Shown here in pieces: positions 1 to 8,887 of a stretch of DNA of 64,000 nucleotides. Position 1 is the first letter of the stretch; each line of letters opens with the position of its first letter. The notes below the pieces were generated by a model. That model saw nothing but the letters and a program-made list of their open reading frames with translations. It was not told where the DNA came from and did no database searches. The DNA is from Candidatus Kapaibacterium sp. Lineage in GTDB: Bacteria > Bacteroidota > Ignavibacteria > Palsa-1295. Location of the stretch: positions 134,141 through 198,140 of the forward strand of contig JBBQWV010000002.1 in the NCBI GenBank assembly GCA_038210275.1, written 5' to 3'. A program made the translations under genes and the position numbers.

Positions 1-1203
1 ATAGCTCTCGCTTTGACTTTCACTTCATGCGTGGAAAATGATAATCCGCTTCCTATACCGATGCGAGATTCGCTAAAGAGCAGACTTCTCAATTCCACTT
101 CAATTCCAAAACAATCTTTGCATCTTTTGGAAGGCGTTTATAGTGTCGAAGCAGGGAATGCAGAATTCGGCAACCAGATGATCTTAAAACAAACCGGAGA
201 TCATATTTCTCTTTTCGGCGCTAACAGCAGGTACCTTGTATTTGAAACGGGAGATGTTGATACGCTTGCAATCTTCGAAGGCTACTGGCGATTCGATGTT
301 GGCACAGAGACAGGATATGCAACACTTGATGTTGCTAAAACTTTTGACGTAAAAACTATTGATACTAATTTGCTAATAAAAGGATATTACACTGGAAATG
401 GTACAAAGAATATCAATCCCCTGCGATTGCGCTTTAAGCGGAAGTTAAAAGACACAACGAATAATTTTCTTATCCTCGATCATCACGGTGGCTTTAATGG
501 TGCGGGATTTCCATACTCGGAGAATAGCTTAAATAGTATTCGTCTTGCGCAATATGTCGGCGCGAATGGAATTGAGATCGACGTAAAACTTACTGCCGAT
601 AATATCCCTGTTCTTTTCCATGACGATAATCTTGGCACTGACTTAGTCAACGGCGAATTTGCGATCGGACCAATCGGCAACTTCACCCTTGCGCAGCTTC
701 GCGCATTATGCACTCTCAAAGACGGCGAACAAATTCCTACTTTGCAAGAAGCGCTTGATGTAATCTATAATGAAACAGAGTATAAAGCAGTCTGGCTTGA
801 TATAAAAGATGCGACAACTGTTCCATACGTCCTGCCTATTGAAATTAATTTTATCAATAAATTTAAATCCGCGGGACGTGACGTAACGATCTGGGCAGGA
901 TTATCGAGTGCCGATCACATCACAGCATATATGGCTGACTCGCTTCATACAAAAGCGACAAGCATTTGCGAGCTTCTGCCAAGTGATGTGGAGAATGCCG
1001 GTTGTATTGCATGGGGACCTCGGTGGACGGCGGGTGATCAAGTATCATCCGCGCAACCGCTTCGTGCCGAGGGAAAAAAGGTTATTTATTGGACAGTTGA
1101 TAAACCGGAATTCATCAATCCATTTTTAAATCATGGTAATCTCGACGGATTATTAACCGATCATCCGGGCACTGTTGCTTTTTATTACTATATCCGCAAT
1201 TGA
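1..1203 (+). CDS. glycerophosphodiester phosphodiesterase (GDPD) family protein, 5' end probably outside window; lipoprotein-like N-terminus
   Basis: ORF 13..1203 continues open to base 1 (IALALTFTSC lipobox-like). The GDPD core motif LDHHGGFNGAGFPYSENSLNSIRLA...GIEIDVKLTADNIPVLFHDDNL matches the HRG...PENT...E.D...T.DG..V..HD signature. Confidence 0.6.
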   Translation: MALALTFTSCVENDNPLPIPMRDSLKSRLLNSTSIPKQSLHLLEGVYSVEAGNAEFGNQMILKQTGDHISLFGANSRYLVFETGDVDTLAIFEGYWRFDVGTETGYATLDVAKTFDVKTIDTNLLIKGYYTGNGTKNINPLRLRFKRKLKDTTNNFLILDHHGGFNGAGFPYSENSLNSIRLAQYVGANGIEIDVKLTADNIPVLFHDDNLGTDLVNGEFAIGPIGNFTLAQLRALCTLKDGEQIPTLQEALDVIYNETEYKAVWLDIKDATTVPYVLPIEINFINKFKSAGRDVTIWAGLSSADHITAYMADSLHTKATSICELLPSDVENAGCIAWGPRWTAGDQVSSAQPLRAEGKKVIYWTVDKPEFINPFLNHGNLDGLLTDHPGTVAFYYYIRN

Positions 1204-1206
1204 TCG

Positions 1207-1821
1207 TTGAAAAATACCACTGTATATTTTATTTTTATATTAGCACTATCGATGTCAATGCCTTTATATGCGCAGGCACAAAATACAAAGCCGTTTGAGA
1301 TTTGGATTGATGGTGGCGGAGGATATTCGAGGAATATCACACGCGTAGTTCAGGCAACTGCTTCGCCCGGAGGTGATTTTACAAATGGTGGATTTACTGG
1401 ACTGCTTCGTATTCGCGGAAGCAAGAATCATTTTATCACTATAGGAATTGAAACGGGCTTTCAACGAATTTCATCGGTGACTCAGCAGAATGCTCAAGCA
1501 GTCGGGTTTGGAACAACAGATATTACTGCAACACTTTCAGCCATTCCTGTTATGGGAGTTATCACCTTGCAAGATTATAATGTGCAGCTTCATGGATCGG
1601 CAGGAGTGTATCGCCTCATCTCAAAGGCATCACTCTTTGGGAGCTCAGTTTCAAGCTCTGAATGGGATATGGCTTTTTCCATTTCTGCAGGTTACGAAAT
1701 CACCGTAAGTGGAGAATATAAAATCATCCCAGAGTTCCGTTGGTCACGCATTAACGATTTACAGAAATCTTTTCTATCGTTAATGATAAGATTAGAACTA
1801 CCATCCTGGGAGCCTTTTTGA
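1207..1821 (+). CDS. hypothetical secreted/outer-membrane beta-barrel-like protein
   Basis: N-terminal signal peptide MKNTTVYFIFILALSMSMPLYAQA. Gly/Ser/Thr-rich alternating pattern, no recognisable enzyme motif. Confidence 0.4.
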   Translation: MKNTTVYFIFILALSMSMPLYAQAQNTKPFEIWIDGGGGYSRNITRVVQATASPGGDFTNGGFTGLLRIRGSKNHFITIGIETGFQRISSVTQQNAQAVGFGTTDITATLSAIPVMGVITLQDYNVQLHGSAGVYRLISKASLFGSSVSSSEWDMAFSISAGYEITVSGEYKIIPEFRWSRINDLQKSFLSLMIRLELPSWEPF

Positions 1822-1849
1822 TCGTCGTTCGTCTTTCGCCTAATAAAAT

Positions 1850-1961
1850 GTCATTGCGAGGAGTTGCTTGCGAACGACGTGGCAATCTAAAAACTTAAAC
1901 GTTGATTCTACATTTAATATTTTAGATTGCTTCGTCGGGCTAAAGCCTTTCTCGCAATGAC
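1850..1961. repeat. palindromic MITE/REP-like element, family A copy 1 (112 nt)
   Basis: Terminal inverted repeats GTCATTGCGAG...CTCGCAATGAC with a nested inverted repeat GCAATCTAAAA...TTTTAGATTGC. Near-identical copy at 25368..25477. Sits between convergent genes. Confidence 0.8.
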
Positions 1962-1976
1962 ATTATTATATACTAA

Positions 1977-2963
1977 TCACTTGCCGCTAGTAACAAAAAT
2001 TTCTTCTCCGATCGTCCAATTCTTCAAAGGTTCATCAATTTGAGTCATCTGCACTTTCAAGCCATCGGCAGTGCGGATAAGCTTGCAGAAATGATGTCGG
2101 CGTTCAGGACCATCGCGAAACAGGTCTTGCTTTACTGAATTCTTTTTCGGTGCTTCAAGCCGCTGGCTTGGACCTGCACCGCCGGAGACGATAAAATCTT
2201 TTCCACTGATCTTAAAATGCTCATACGAATGACAATGCCCGCTAAAGAAAAGCTTTGCTTTAGGCGTATGAATATACGAAGGAACAAAGTATTTCTGAAC
2301 ATCTTTATCGTCGTTGACAACGCTGCTATTGGTAAATGGCGGCTGATGACAACAAACGATAATTATCGCAACCGAAGAATCTGCTTGCATTTTTTTCATT
2401 TCACCTAGATACCATTTCCTCTCGTCAGTAATATCATCTTTCGATAAATTACTAAAATTCGAATTCAACGTGATGATGCCAATATCCTTCCATTTTTTTG
2501 AATACCATAGCTGCTCCTTAATCTGTGGGAAGCGAGAGAAATACTGAGTAAAGGCAACATTGTGGTTTCCGAAATACTCATGATTGCCGGGAAGCGGAAA
2601 GATCGGAATACCTTTGGTGCGTATTGGCTTTGCAAGGTCATCAAAATCCTGCCATGAGTTAAGCGAACTGCCCGGAAATGTAAAATCTCCTAAAACCAAA
2701 ACAAAGGATGGATCTTCTTCTGAGATCTTTTTTAACAAGGCACGGACAGCATTCTTATTATCTTCACGACCAATGAGAATTTCCGGTGTACCCCGAAGTT
2801 GAACATCACCGATAAAAATAAAACTGGATGCTGTATCAATGCGGGTTGGAGAGCCTGAATAGATAGGGATTTGCGAGCTTGAAAGCCCTGGGGTAAAAGA
2901 AAGTAGAACAAATAAGAGAACAGTTTTTCTCAAAATTTTTCTATAATATTTATGCCTGTTCAA
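1977..2963 (-). CDS. calcineurin-like metallophosphoesterase (secreted)
   Basis: Motifs GDVQ..G, LVLGDFTFPG, GNHEY, SGHCHSYEH are typical of the MPP superfamily. N-terminal signal peptide. Confidence 0.7.
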   Translation of the reverse strand: MNRHKYYRKILRKTVLLFVLLSFTPGLSSSQIPIYSGSPTRIDTASSFIFIGDVQLRGTPEILIGREDNKNAVRALLKKISEEDPSFVLVLGDFTFPGSSLNSWQDFDDLAKPIRTKGIPIFPLPGNHEYFGNHNVAFTQYFSRFPQIKEQLWYSKKWKDIGIITLNSNFSNLSKDDITDERKWYLGEMKKMQADSSVAIIIVCCHQPPFTNSSVVNDDKDVQKYFVPSYIHTPKAKLFFSGHCHSYEHFKISGKDFIVSGGAGPSQRLEAPKKNSVKQDLFRDGPERRHHFCKLIRTADGLKVQMTQIDEPLKNWTIGEEIFVTSGK

Positions 2964-3183
2964 TTCTCTTTATCTCCGGTGCTTCGAACATGATCGCTCG
3001 CTCTATTCCGGCACGAAGCGTCATTAATTTTAGCGGGCACGTTGCACATGCTCCTAAGAAGCGAACATCAACTATGCCTGCACTTTCGTCAATGCTGACG
3101 AGTTCGATGTCACCGCCATCGACTTTCAGAAACGGTCGGCAGAATTCAAGCGCTTTTTCTATGCGTTGGCGAAGATCATTCAT
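2950..3183 (-). CDS. NifU-like Fe-S cluster scaffold domain protein (Nfu-type)
   Basis: 77 aa with GGDIELVSID...VRFLGACATCPLKLMTLRAGIE matching the Nfu/NifU C-terminal CxxC fold. Overlaps the 3' end of the phosphoesterase gene. Confidence 0.6.
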   Translation of the reverse strand: MNDLRQRIEKALEFCRPFLKVDGGDIELVSIDESAGIVDVRFLGACATCPLKLMTLRAGIERAIMFEAPEIKRIEQA

Positions 3184-4310
3184 TAATTCTCAGTGCCAAG
3201 TAGAATTTCAACTGGCTTTTGGTTCGGAGCCAAATTCGCAATACTCACCTGCTGCGCCATTGCCTGTGCAATGTCTCTGAATGAATGCGCTGCCTGCGTC
3301 TCCGGACCGCTAACGACGATAGGCGAACCATCATCGCTTCCGACACGAACCGATGTCTCAAGAGGTAGCTCACCCAAGAAAGGTACTCCGAATTCGGTCG
3401 CTGCTTTCGCCGCTCCGCCATGCGAAAAGATTTCTTCGCGATGATGACAAGCCGAGCAAATAAAATAACTCATGTTCTCGATGATTCCAAGAACAGGCAC
3501 GTGTACTTTCTCGAACATACGAACTGCTTTCCGTGCATCAGCAAGAGCCACATCTTGCGGAGTAGTGACAATCACTGCTCCGGTAAGAGGAATAGTTTGC
3601 ACAAGAGTAAGCTGAATATCCCCTGTTCCGGGAGGAAGATCAAAGATCAGATAATCGAGTTCACCCCAAAGCACATCCGACATAAATTGCTTCAATGCAC
3701 CTGATGCCATGGGACCGCGCCATACGACTGCGGTATTTGGATCAACGAGGAATCCAATCGACATCACCTTCACTCCGTGCGCTTCAAGAGGGATCATCAT
3801 CGCATGACCATTCACTTGTTGTGCCTCAGGTTTTGAATATTCCAAGCCGAACATTAGTGGAATGCTCGGGCCATAAATATCGGCATCAAGTAACCCGACC
3901 TTCGCCCCATCTTTTGCGAGTGCAACAGCGAGATTCGCTGCAACGGTTGACTTCCCTACTCCACCTTTGCCGGAAGCAACAGCGATGGTGTTCCGAACAC
4001 CTAAAAGTGCAGTCGGTTTATTTACCCCTTGCTGCATTGCCACGTTCGATGTCATCGCAACTTTTACATTACCTTCACCGGCAATTTTTTCTACTGTAGT
4101 CCGCGCTTCGAGTTCAAGTTTATCTTTGAGCGGGCATGAGGGTGTAGTAAGTTCAAATGTAAAAGATACTTGATCGCCTGCAATCTTTATATTCTTTATC
4201 ATCCCAAGCGAGACGACATCTTTATGAAGATCGGGGTCAATGACGGCGCGAAGAGCATCAAGCACTTCCGCTTCAGTAAGAGTAGAACTATTTTTTGAAA
4301 AGAATCCCAT
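3183..4310 (-). CDS. apbC: Fe-S cluster carrier ATPase Mrp/ApbC (N-terminal DUF59 plus ParA-type P-loop)
   Basis: Walker A SGKGGVGKSTVAANLA, CxxC near C-terminus (CSAC), N-terminal MIP18/DUF59-like domain. Adjacent to the Nfu gene. Confidence 0.85.
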   Translation of the reverse strand: MGFFSKNSSTLTEAEVLDALRAVIDPDLHKDVVSLGMIKNIKIAGDQVSFTFELTTPSCPLKDKLELEARTTVEKIAGEGNVKVAMTSNVAMQQGVNKPTALLGVRNTIAVASGKGGVGKSTVAANLAVALAKDGAKVGLLDADIYGPSIPLMFGLEYSKPEAQQVNGHAMMIPLEAHGVKVMSIGFLVDPNTAVVWRGPMASGALKQFMSDVLWGELDYLIFDLPPGTGDIQLTLVQTIPLTGAVIVTTPQDVALADARKAVRMFEKVHVPVLGIIENMSYFICSACHHREEIFSHGGAAKAATEFGVPFLGELPLETSVRVGSDDGSPIVVSGPETQAAHSFRDIAQAMAQQVSIANLAPNQKPVEILLGTEN

Positions 4311-4368
4311 TGAAATTTATTTTATGTGGCGCTAAAACAGAATGAGAGGAGCATGGGTTCGGATTCCT

Positions 4369-5058
4369 CTACTCTCTGGCATTATGCGCCACAATGCTAT
4401 CGGCAAATGCATGGATTTCGCGCTTTAATGCGGGCGTCAGGTATTTCGCATTTTTTGATTGCATTTTATTAATGTAACCTGCAATATCATCCGTTGGTAT
4501 ATTATTTTGAGAGATGCTATTAACCCAATATTTGAATGACCATTTATATTGCGGCATTCGGAGCTTCTGATAAAATTCATCAACGAATTGCATACTGTAA
4601 TGTACAGCATATGATGGCAGCAGTTCGGGATCAGTAGCCCAAGGCTCACCAAGTCGATAAAATCTCAGAAAGAGAAAATAATAGAATGGACGTGTCGTAT
4701 CGTTTTGCGTAAGAAGACTATCACATAAATAGTAGGTCTCCGAATTATCAACGCTCGGAATAAATCGAAGCAAATAAAAATTCTTGGCAGTTTGCGATAC
4801 ATCACTTCTATTGAGGTAAAATGAAACCGGTCTACCTTCGATAAGAGAATCCGATAGAGGAAATATTTTCCTCATCTCATCGCTTATACCGACGCTATCA
4901 GTATTCACTTTACCTGTATCAAGTTCACTAAGCGGCACATCCTGATCCGTCCACCGAGCGCTATCGGGCATGAACAGCTTCTTCTTTCCGCCGCCGCAGC
5001 TTTCCATCACCGTTAACAGGATAATAAGTGTATAAATAATTAGAGTAGCTCTATTCAT
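4369..5058 (-). CDS. hypothetical lipoprotein
   Basis: Signal peptide plus lipobox (LTVMESCGGG). No recognised catalytic motifs. Confidence 0.4.
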   Translation of the reverse strand: MNRATLIIYTLIILLTVMESCGGGKKKLFMPDSARWTDQDVPLSELDTGKVNTDSVGISDEMRKIFPLSDSLIEGRPVSFYLNRSDVSQTAKNFYLLRFIPSVDNSETYYLCDSLLTQNDTTRPFYYFLFLRFYRLGEPWATDPELLPSYAVHYSMQFVDEFYQKLRMPQYKWSFKYWVNSISQNNIPTDDIAGYINKMQSKNAKYLTPALKREIHAFADSIVAHNARE

Positions 5059-5132
5059 AGATTACTTTCAACAGCCAACCGCTATTCTTCATTCAACAGG
5101 AATTTTCTTCCCAATCATTCGTTAAATACTCC

Positions 5133-6760
5133 ATGCTCAGGAATGTGGTTTTGGTCATCGCCTTCATGGTTGCAGTTCTCTCAACTGCAAGCGATCTATG
5201 TGCGCAATTATTAATCGTGCCTCCCGCTCGGTTATCGCCTGATAATTTTTTCGATGCCGAAGGAGTATCAATCGTCATCAATCCTTCCAATTCGTCTCAG
5301 ATTGCTGCGGGATCAAACGTAAATTATTATTATTTCTCGACCGACTTAGGACATTCATGGCAAGCGAATGCTTTGAATCCCACGTTCGGTGATGGTGGTG
5401 ATCCCTCGCTTACCTCCGATTCAAAAGGAAATTTCTATTATGCACATCTATCCAGCGAAGTTAATGGCGTAGGATATAATCAAGATAGGATCGTTATTCA
5501 GAAATCAACAGATGGGGGAAAAACATATTCACCCGGGACATTCACCGGACATGACCGTTCTCCAAAACAGCAATTCAAGGAATGGATCACTTGCGATAAT
5601 TCATCTTCCACGCCATACAAAGATAATCTTTATCTTTCTTGGACAGAGTTTGATTCTTATCAAAGTCATTTTCCGCAATTTGATAGCACGAGAATTCTTT
5701 TCTCGGGTTCAACCGATGCAGGCGAAACATGGTCTGATGCCGTGACTGTAAGCGATAAAGAAGGTGATACCATTGATAGCACCAACTCCGTTAATGGCTC
5801 AAGATGTATCACCGGTCCTAACGGCGAAATTTATGTTACGTGGGAAGGACCCGACGGATTGCTATTCGATAAATCAACCGACGGCGGAAAATCTTTTACA
5901 AAAGATAAACTCCTTGAGCAACTTGTGCCGGGCTGGAGGTTTGATATCAAGGGTATTTATCGCGCCAATGGATTTGCTACTCCGCTTTGTGATAACGGTA
6001 ATTCGAAACATCGCGGAAATCTTTATGTACTTTTTTCCGATAAACGCAACGGACCGGATGATTGTGATATTTTTCTGCTTCGCTCAACGAATGGCGGTGA
6101 TTCATGGAGTTCACCTGTTCGTGTGAATGACGATACGTCGCATCTCGAACAATTTTTTCCATCAGCAGCGATTGACGAAACTACCGGATTCATCTATGCA
6201 GTCTTTTATGATCGCAGGGATCATAAAGGTACGAATCTCACAGAAGTATATCTTGCCAGATCTATTGATGGGGGCAGAGTTTTCAAAATTTCAGATTACA
6301 TTCAGCTCCTTTCAATCCAAACAACAAGATTTACATCGGTGATTATACTCATATCGCTGCCCATAATACATTAGTCTATCCGACTTGGACGGACATACAT
6401 ACAAATAACGATGGAGTATCTTATTCTGAAAGTATTTGGATATGCAGAGTTATTGATACCGGCGCGTTTAATTTAGATGTCCCGACTCCGATGGATAGGA
6501 AGCAATCTTTCTCCTTACACGTCGTTCCAAATCCTGCACGATCGGAGATTCAAATCCAATTCAGTCATCCGCTCGAAAGGAATTCTTCCATTCAAATAAC
6601 CGACGTAGTAGGAAGAACTCTCGTAAACAGCATTGAAGGAGAGTACGACAATAAAGACAGAATTACTTATGATATAAGCAACCTTCCAAGCGGCATCTAC
6701 TATTGTTTAGTACAATACGGAACAGAGCACGCCATTCAAAAAATAATCGTGTCACATTAA
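5133..6760 (+). pseudogene. BNR/Asp-box repeat (sialidase-like) T9SS cargo protein, frameshifted at a G5 tract (frames 5133..6374 and about 6269..6760)
   Basis: The upstream frame carries at least four S.D.G.(T/S)(W/F) BNR motifs (STDGGKTY, STDAGETW, STDGGKSF, STNGGDSW). It reads ...ARSIDGG then runs out of frame. The other frame continues ...QSFQNFRLHSAPFNPNNKIYIGDYTHIAAHN... and ends in a T9SS C-terminal domain (GIYYCLVQYGTEHAIQKIIVSH). Joining them at GGGGG (about 6270..6274) recreates a perfect SIDGGQSF BNR motif. Confidence 0.55.
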
Positions 6761-6774
6761 GAGAATTTAAACTT

Positions 6775-6829
6775 AAAAGTCAAAGATCAAAACGTGATTT
6801 CTATTTTTGACTTTTAGCTTTTGACTTTT
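6775..6829. terminator. A/T-rich inverted repeat (AAAAGTCAAAG...CTTTGACTTTT) between convergent genes; terminator-like, overlapping the last codons of the minus-strand CDS
   Basis: About 10-bp arms with flanking A/T runs. Located between the stop of the 5133..6760 gene and the stop of 6801..7256. Confidence 0.4.
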
Positions 6830-7256
6830 GAATTCTCTTAATGCTTTTTCCCATCCGTTCTTTATATTCTTTCGGAGGGTATTCAACCTTTGCCATCTCC
6901 TTCACAAATTTCTCGGCAATATCAAGCGGCATCTGTACTACGTCCTTAAAATTAATGCAGCCCTTTTGGAATTTTGCTTTTGGCATAAGCTTTTCGAATT
7001 TCTCGCGCAAGCCGCTTCCACCAAAACCTTTTGAACTGCCATACATTACCATCGAATGGAATGACATGTGCTCCTTCACCGAGGAAAGTGCATACTTCAT
7101 GATATCGCCTTGCATATACATAAGCATTTCCTTCCCCATCATACTGCTCACGACTTCTTTAACAAGCGGGTCAGATTTTAAAATAAGCTCGCGCAATTTG
7201 GATAAGATCGCCTTGCGATCTTCGGGCAGAGAATCAAGATATTCTTTAGGTGTCAT
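6801..7256 (-). CDS. hypothetical protein, DUF1801 (YdhG-like) resemblance
   Basis: N-terminus MTPKEYLDSLPEDRKAILSKLRELI resembles DUF1801 proteins. Lys-rich C-terminus is encoded partly by the hairpin repeat. Confidence 0.35.
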   Translation of the reverse strand: MTPKEYLDSLPEDRKAILSKLRELILKSDPLVKEVVSSMMGKEMLMYMQGDIMKYALSSVKEHMSFHSMVMYGSSKGFGGSGLREKFEKLMPKAKFQKGCINFKDVVQMPLDIAEKFVKEMAKVEYPPKEYKERMGKSIKRIQKSKAKSQK

Positions 7257-7318
7257 GCGTTTGAAAAAATATGAAATGTGAAAGCTGACTATGGGACTCG
7301 ATATTTTTATTTACAATT

Positions 7319-7723
7319 TTATTCTTCACTTGCAGTTTCAGCTTCTTGCCGAGGGTTTCCATAAGAAGGTCTCTTCTCATTCCTCAAAGTAGTCCAGTCT
7401 TCTTCTCGATAGGCTTTTAAGGTATAATCTATCTGTTCATCAAAGGCAGCAGGGCTATGAGAGAATATGAGTGGGCGGATATCAACGCTCCACCCTTCCA
7501 AATGTTTCGCATTATAAAGAGCTTCGCGCTCTTCGGCAGTCTCGCAAAAAAAAACTGCAATGCCTCCGGGCTTGCCAATAAAATGGTCGTGGAAGATAAC
7601 CAGAGGCAGAGTCCTATCGCCGACAAATTCATTGAATATCCGGTTTACTTCCGAAGGCAGCATAACCACCGGCGCTAAGGCATAGGCGAGGAAGCATCGC
7701 GGTTTTTTAATTGGTGGTATCAT
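7319..7723 (-). CDS. hypothetical protein
   Basis: 134-aa ORF. Its start overlaps the stop of the upstream T9SS gene by 4 nt (translational coupling). No recognisable motif. Confidence 0.4.
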   Translation of the reverse strand: MIPPIKKPRCFLAYALAPVVMLPSEVNRIFNEFVGDRTLPLVIFHDHFIGKPGGIAVFFCETAEEREALYNAKHLEGWSVDIRPLIFSHSPAAFDEQIDYTLKAYREEDWTTLRNEKRPSYGNPRQEAETASEE

Positions 7724-8766
7724 TCTACAATTACCTTCTTCGTCACCACTCCCTCTGCCGTTTCCATTCGAACATAATACATACCCGGCGGAAGCTTAAA
7801 AGAGAAATCGCGATGCAGATCATTCATCATACCATCGAAGACCGTCATCACATCTTTGCCGAGTTCGTTGAAGACGTTGAGGTGGAGATATCCCGTGTAT
7901 TGAGACGAATATGAGACATAGAGCAATCCAATTGCAGGATTAGGGTGAATATAAAGCACTGCTGGCAGTTGCAAAGTCTTAATGACGTTACTCTTAAGTT
8001 TAGGATTAAAAACAAAACTTATTGGAATGGTAATCATAGAATCAATGCTATGATTTTTTATGTGGGTATGGAGCACCCCAAGAAACCTCATAGTATCTAG
8101 GAATACTGATGCTGATGTAACAAAGTGGAATCTCAACGTTTTAAAAGATAAGGGATTCACTATTGTATTTTGAAGAATAATTGAATCTGTACTAGCAATC
8201 ACGGATAATTTGGATTCTGTACCTACATCTAAAGAAAATTTATCGCAAAATAGAGGATCATTAATATTGTTAAAAACTTGTACCTCAATAATTGGTGAAG
8301 GACTCGCAGGAAGGTAATTCAATCCATTCGAATCTGGACGAAAAAATAATCCGTTATTTTTGTGCACCCTCAACTTAACTGTGCTATCGAAATAACTTTC
8401 TACATCGAAATTTCTGACTTCATTCATAGAAAGTTTACAATCACTACAGCTAGGGCTGTAAACATGTGTCCAAGTAAATGTAAAGGTGTCTACATATTTT
8501 CCTACAACCGTTGGATTTACATTAAATGGCGAAAATAGATTCCAACCAAATGGCGCCTGAGGGAATAAAGGATAATGGTTTGTTCTATACACTTCTATAA
8601 ATTGGTAGCTACAGGTATCCAAACCTCTAGAACAAGACTGATAAACAATCTTAATATATTGAGGGGTATACAGGATCGAATCTGAACCTACTGGTACGCG
8701 AATGACTTGAGAAGTGCTCATCCTTACCATACTAAGAACCATCAAAACACAAACCAGAACTTTCAT
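7720..8766 (-). CDS. secreted protein with T9SS C-terminal sorting domain
   Basis: Signal peptide MKVLVCVLMVLSMVRMSTSQ. C-terminus PGMYYVRMETAEGVVTKKVIVE is typical of Por_Secre_tail. Confidence 0.6.
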   Translation of the reverse strand: MKVLVCVLMVLSMVRMSTSQVIRVPVGSDSILYTPQYIKIVYQSCSRGLDTCSYQFIEVYRTNHYPLFPQAPFGWNLFSPFNVNPTVVGKYVDTFTFTWTHVYSPSCSDCKLSMNEVRNFDVESYFDSTVKLRVHKNNGLFFRPDSNGLNYLPASPSPIIEVQVFNNINDPLFCDKFSLDVGTESKLSVIASTDSIILQNTIVNPLSFKTLRFHFVTSASVFLDTMRFLGVLHTHIKNHSIDSMITIPISFVFNPKLKSNVIKTLQLPAVLYIHPNPAIGLLYVSYSSQYTGYLHLNVFNELGKDVMTVFDGMMNDLHRDFSFKLPPGMYYVRMETAEGVVTKKVIVE

Positions 8767-8887
8767 AGTATTTTTAGCAAATGTTTACCATACAAAGATA
8801 CGTCAGAAATCCAAAAATTGTACCAATCAGACAAGGTCAAATACTATTGCCCTATTTCTCATTTAGAATTTCATCTGTGGATACAGC

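Noticed and set aside
3193-4173. A chain of plus-strand ORFs (83-134 aa) lies over the apbC region.
   Set aside because: They are antisense to the Mrp/ApbC gene with its clear P-loop. Spurious.
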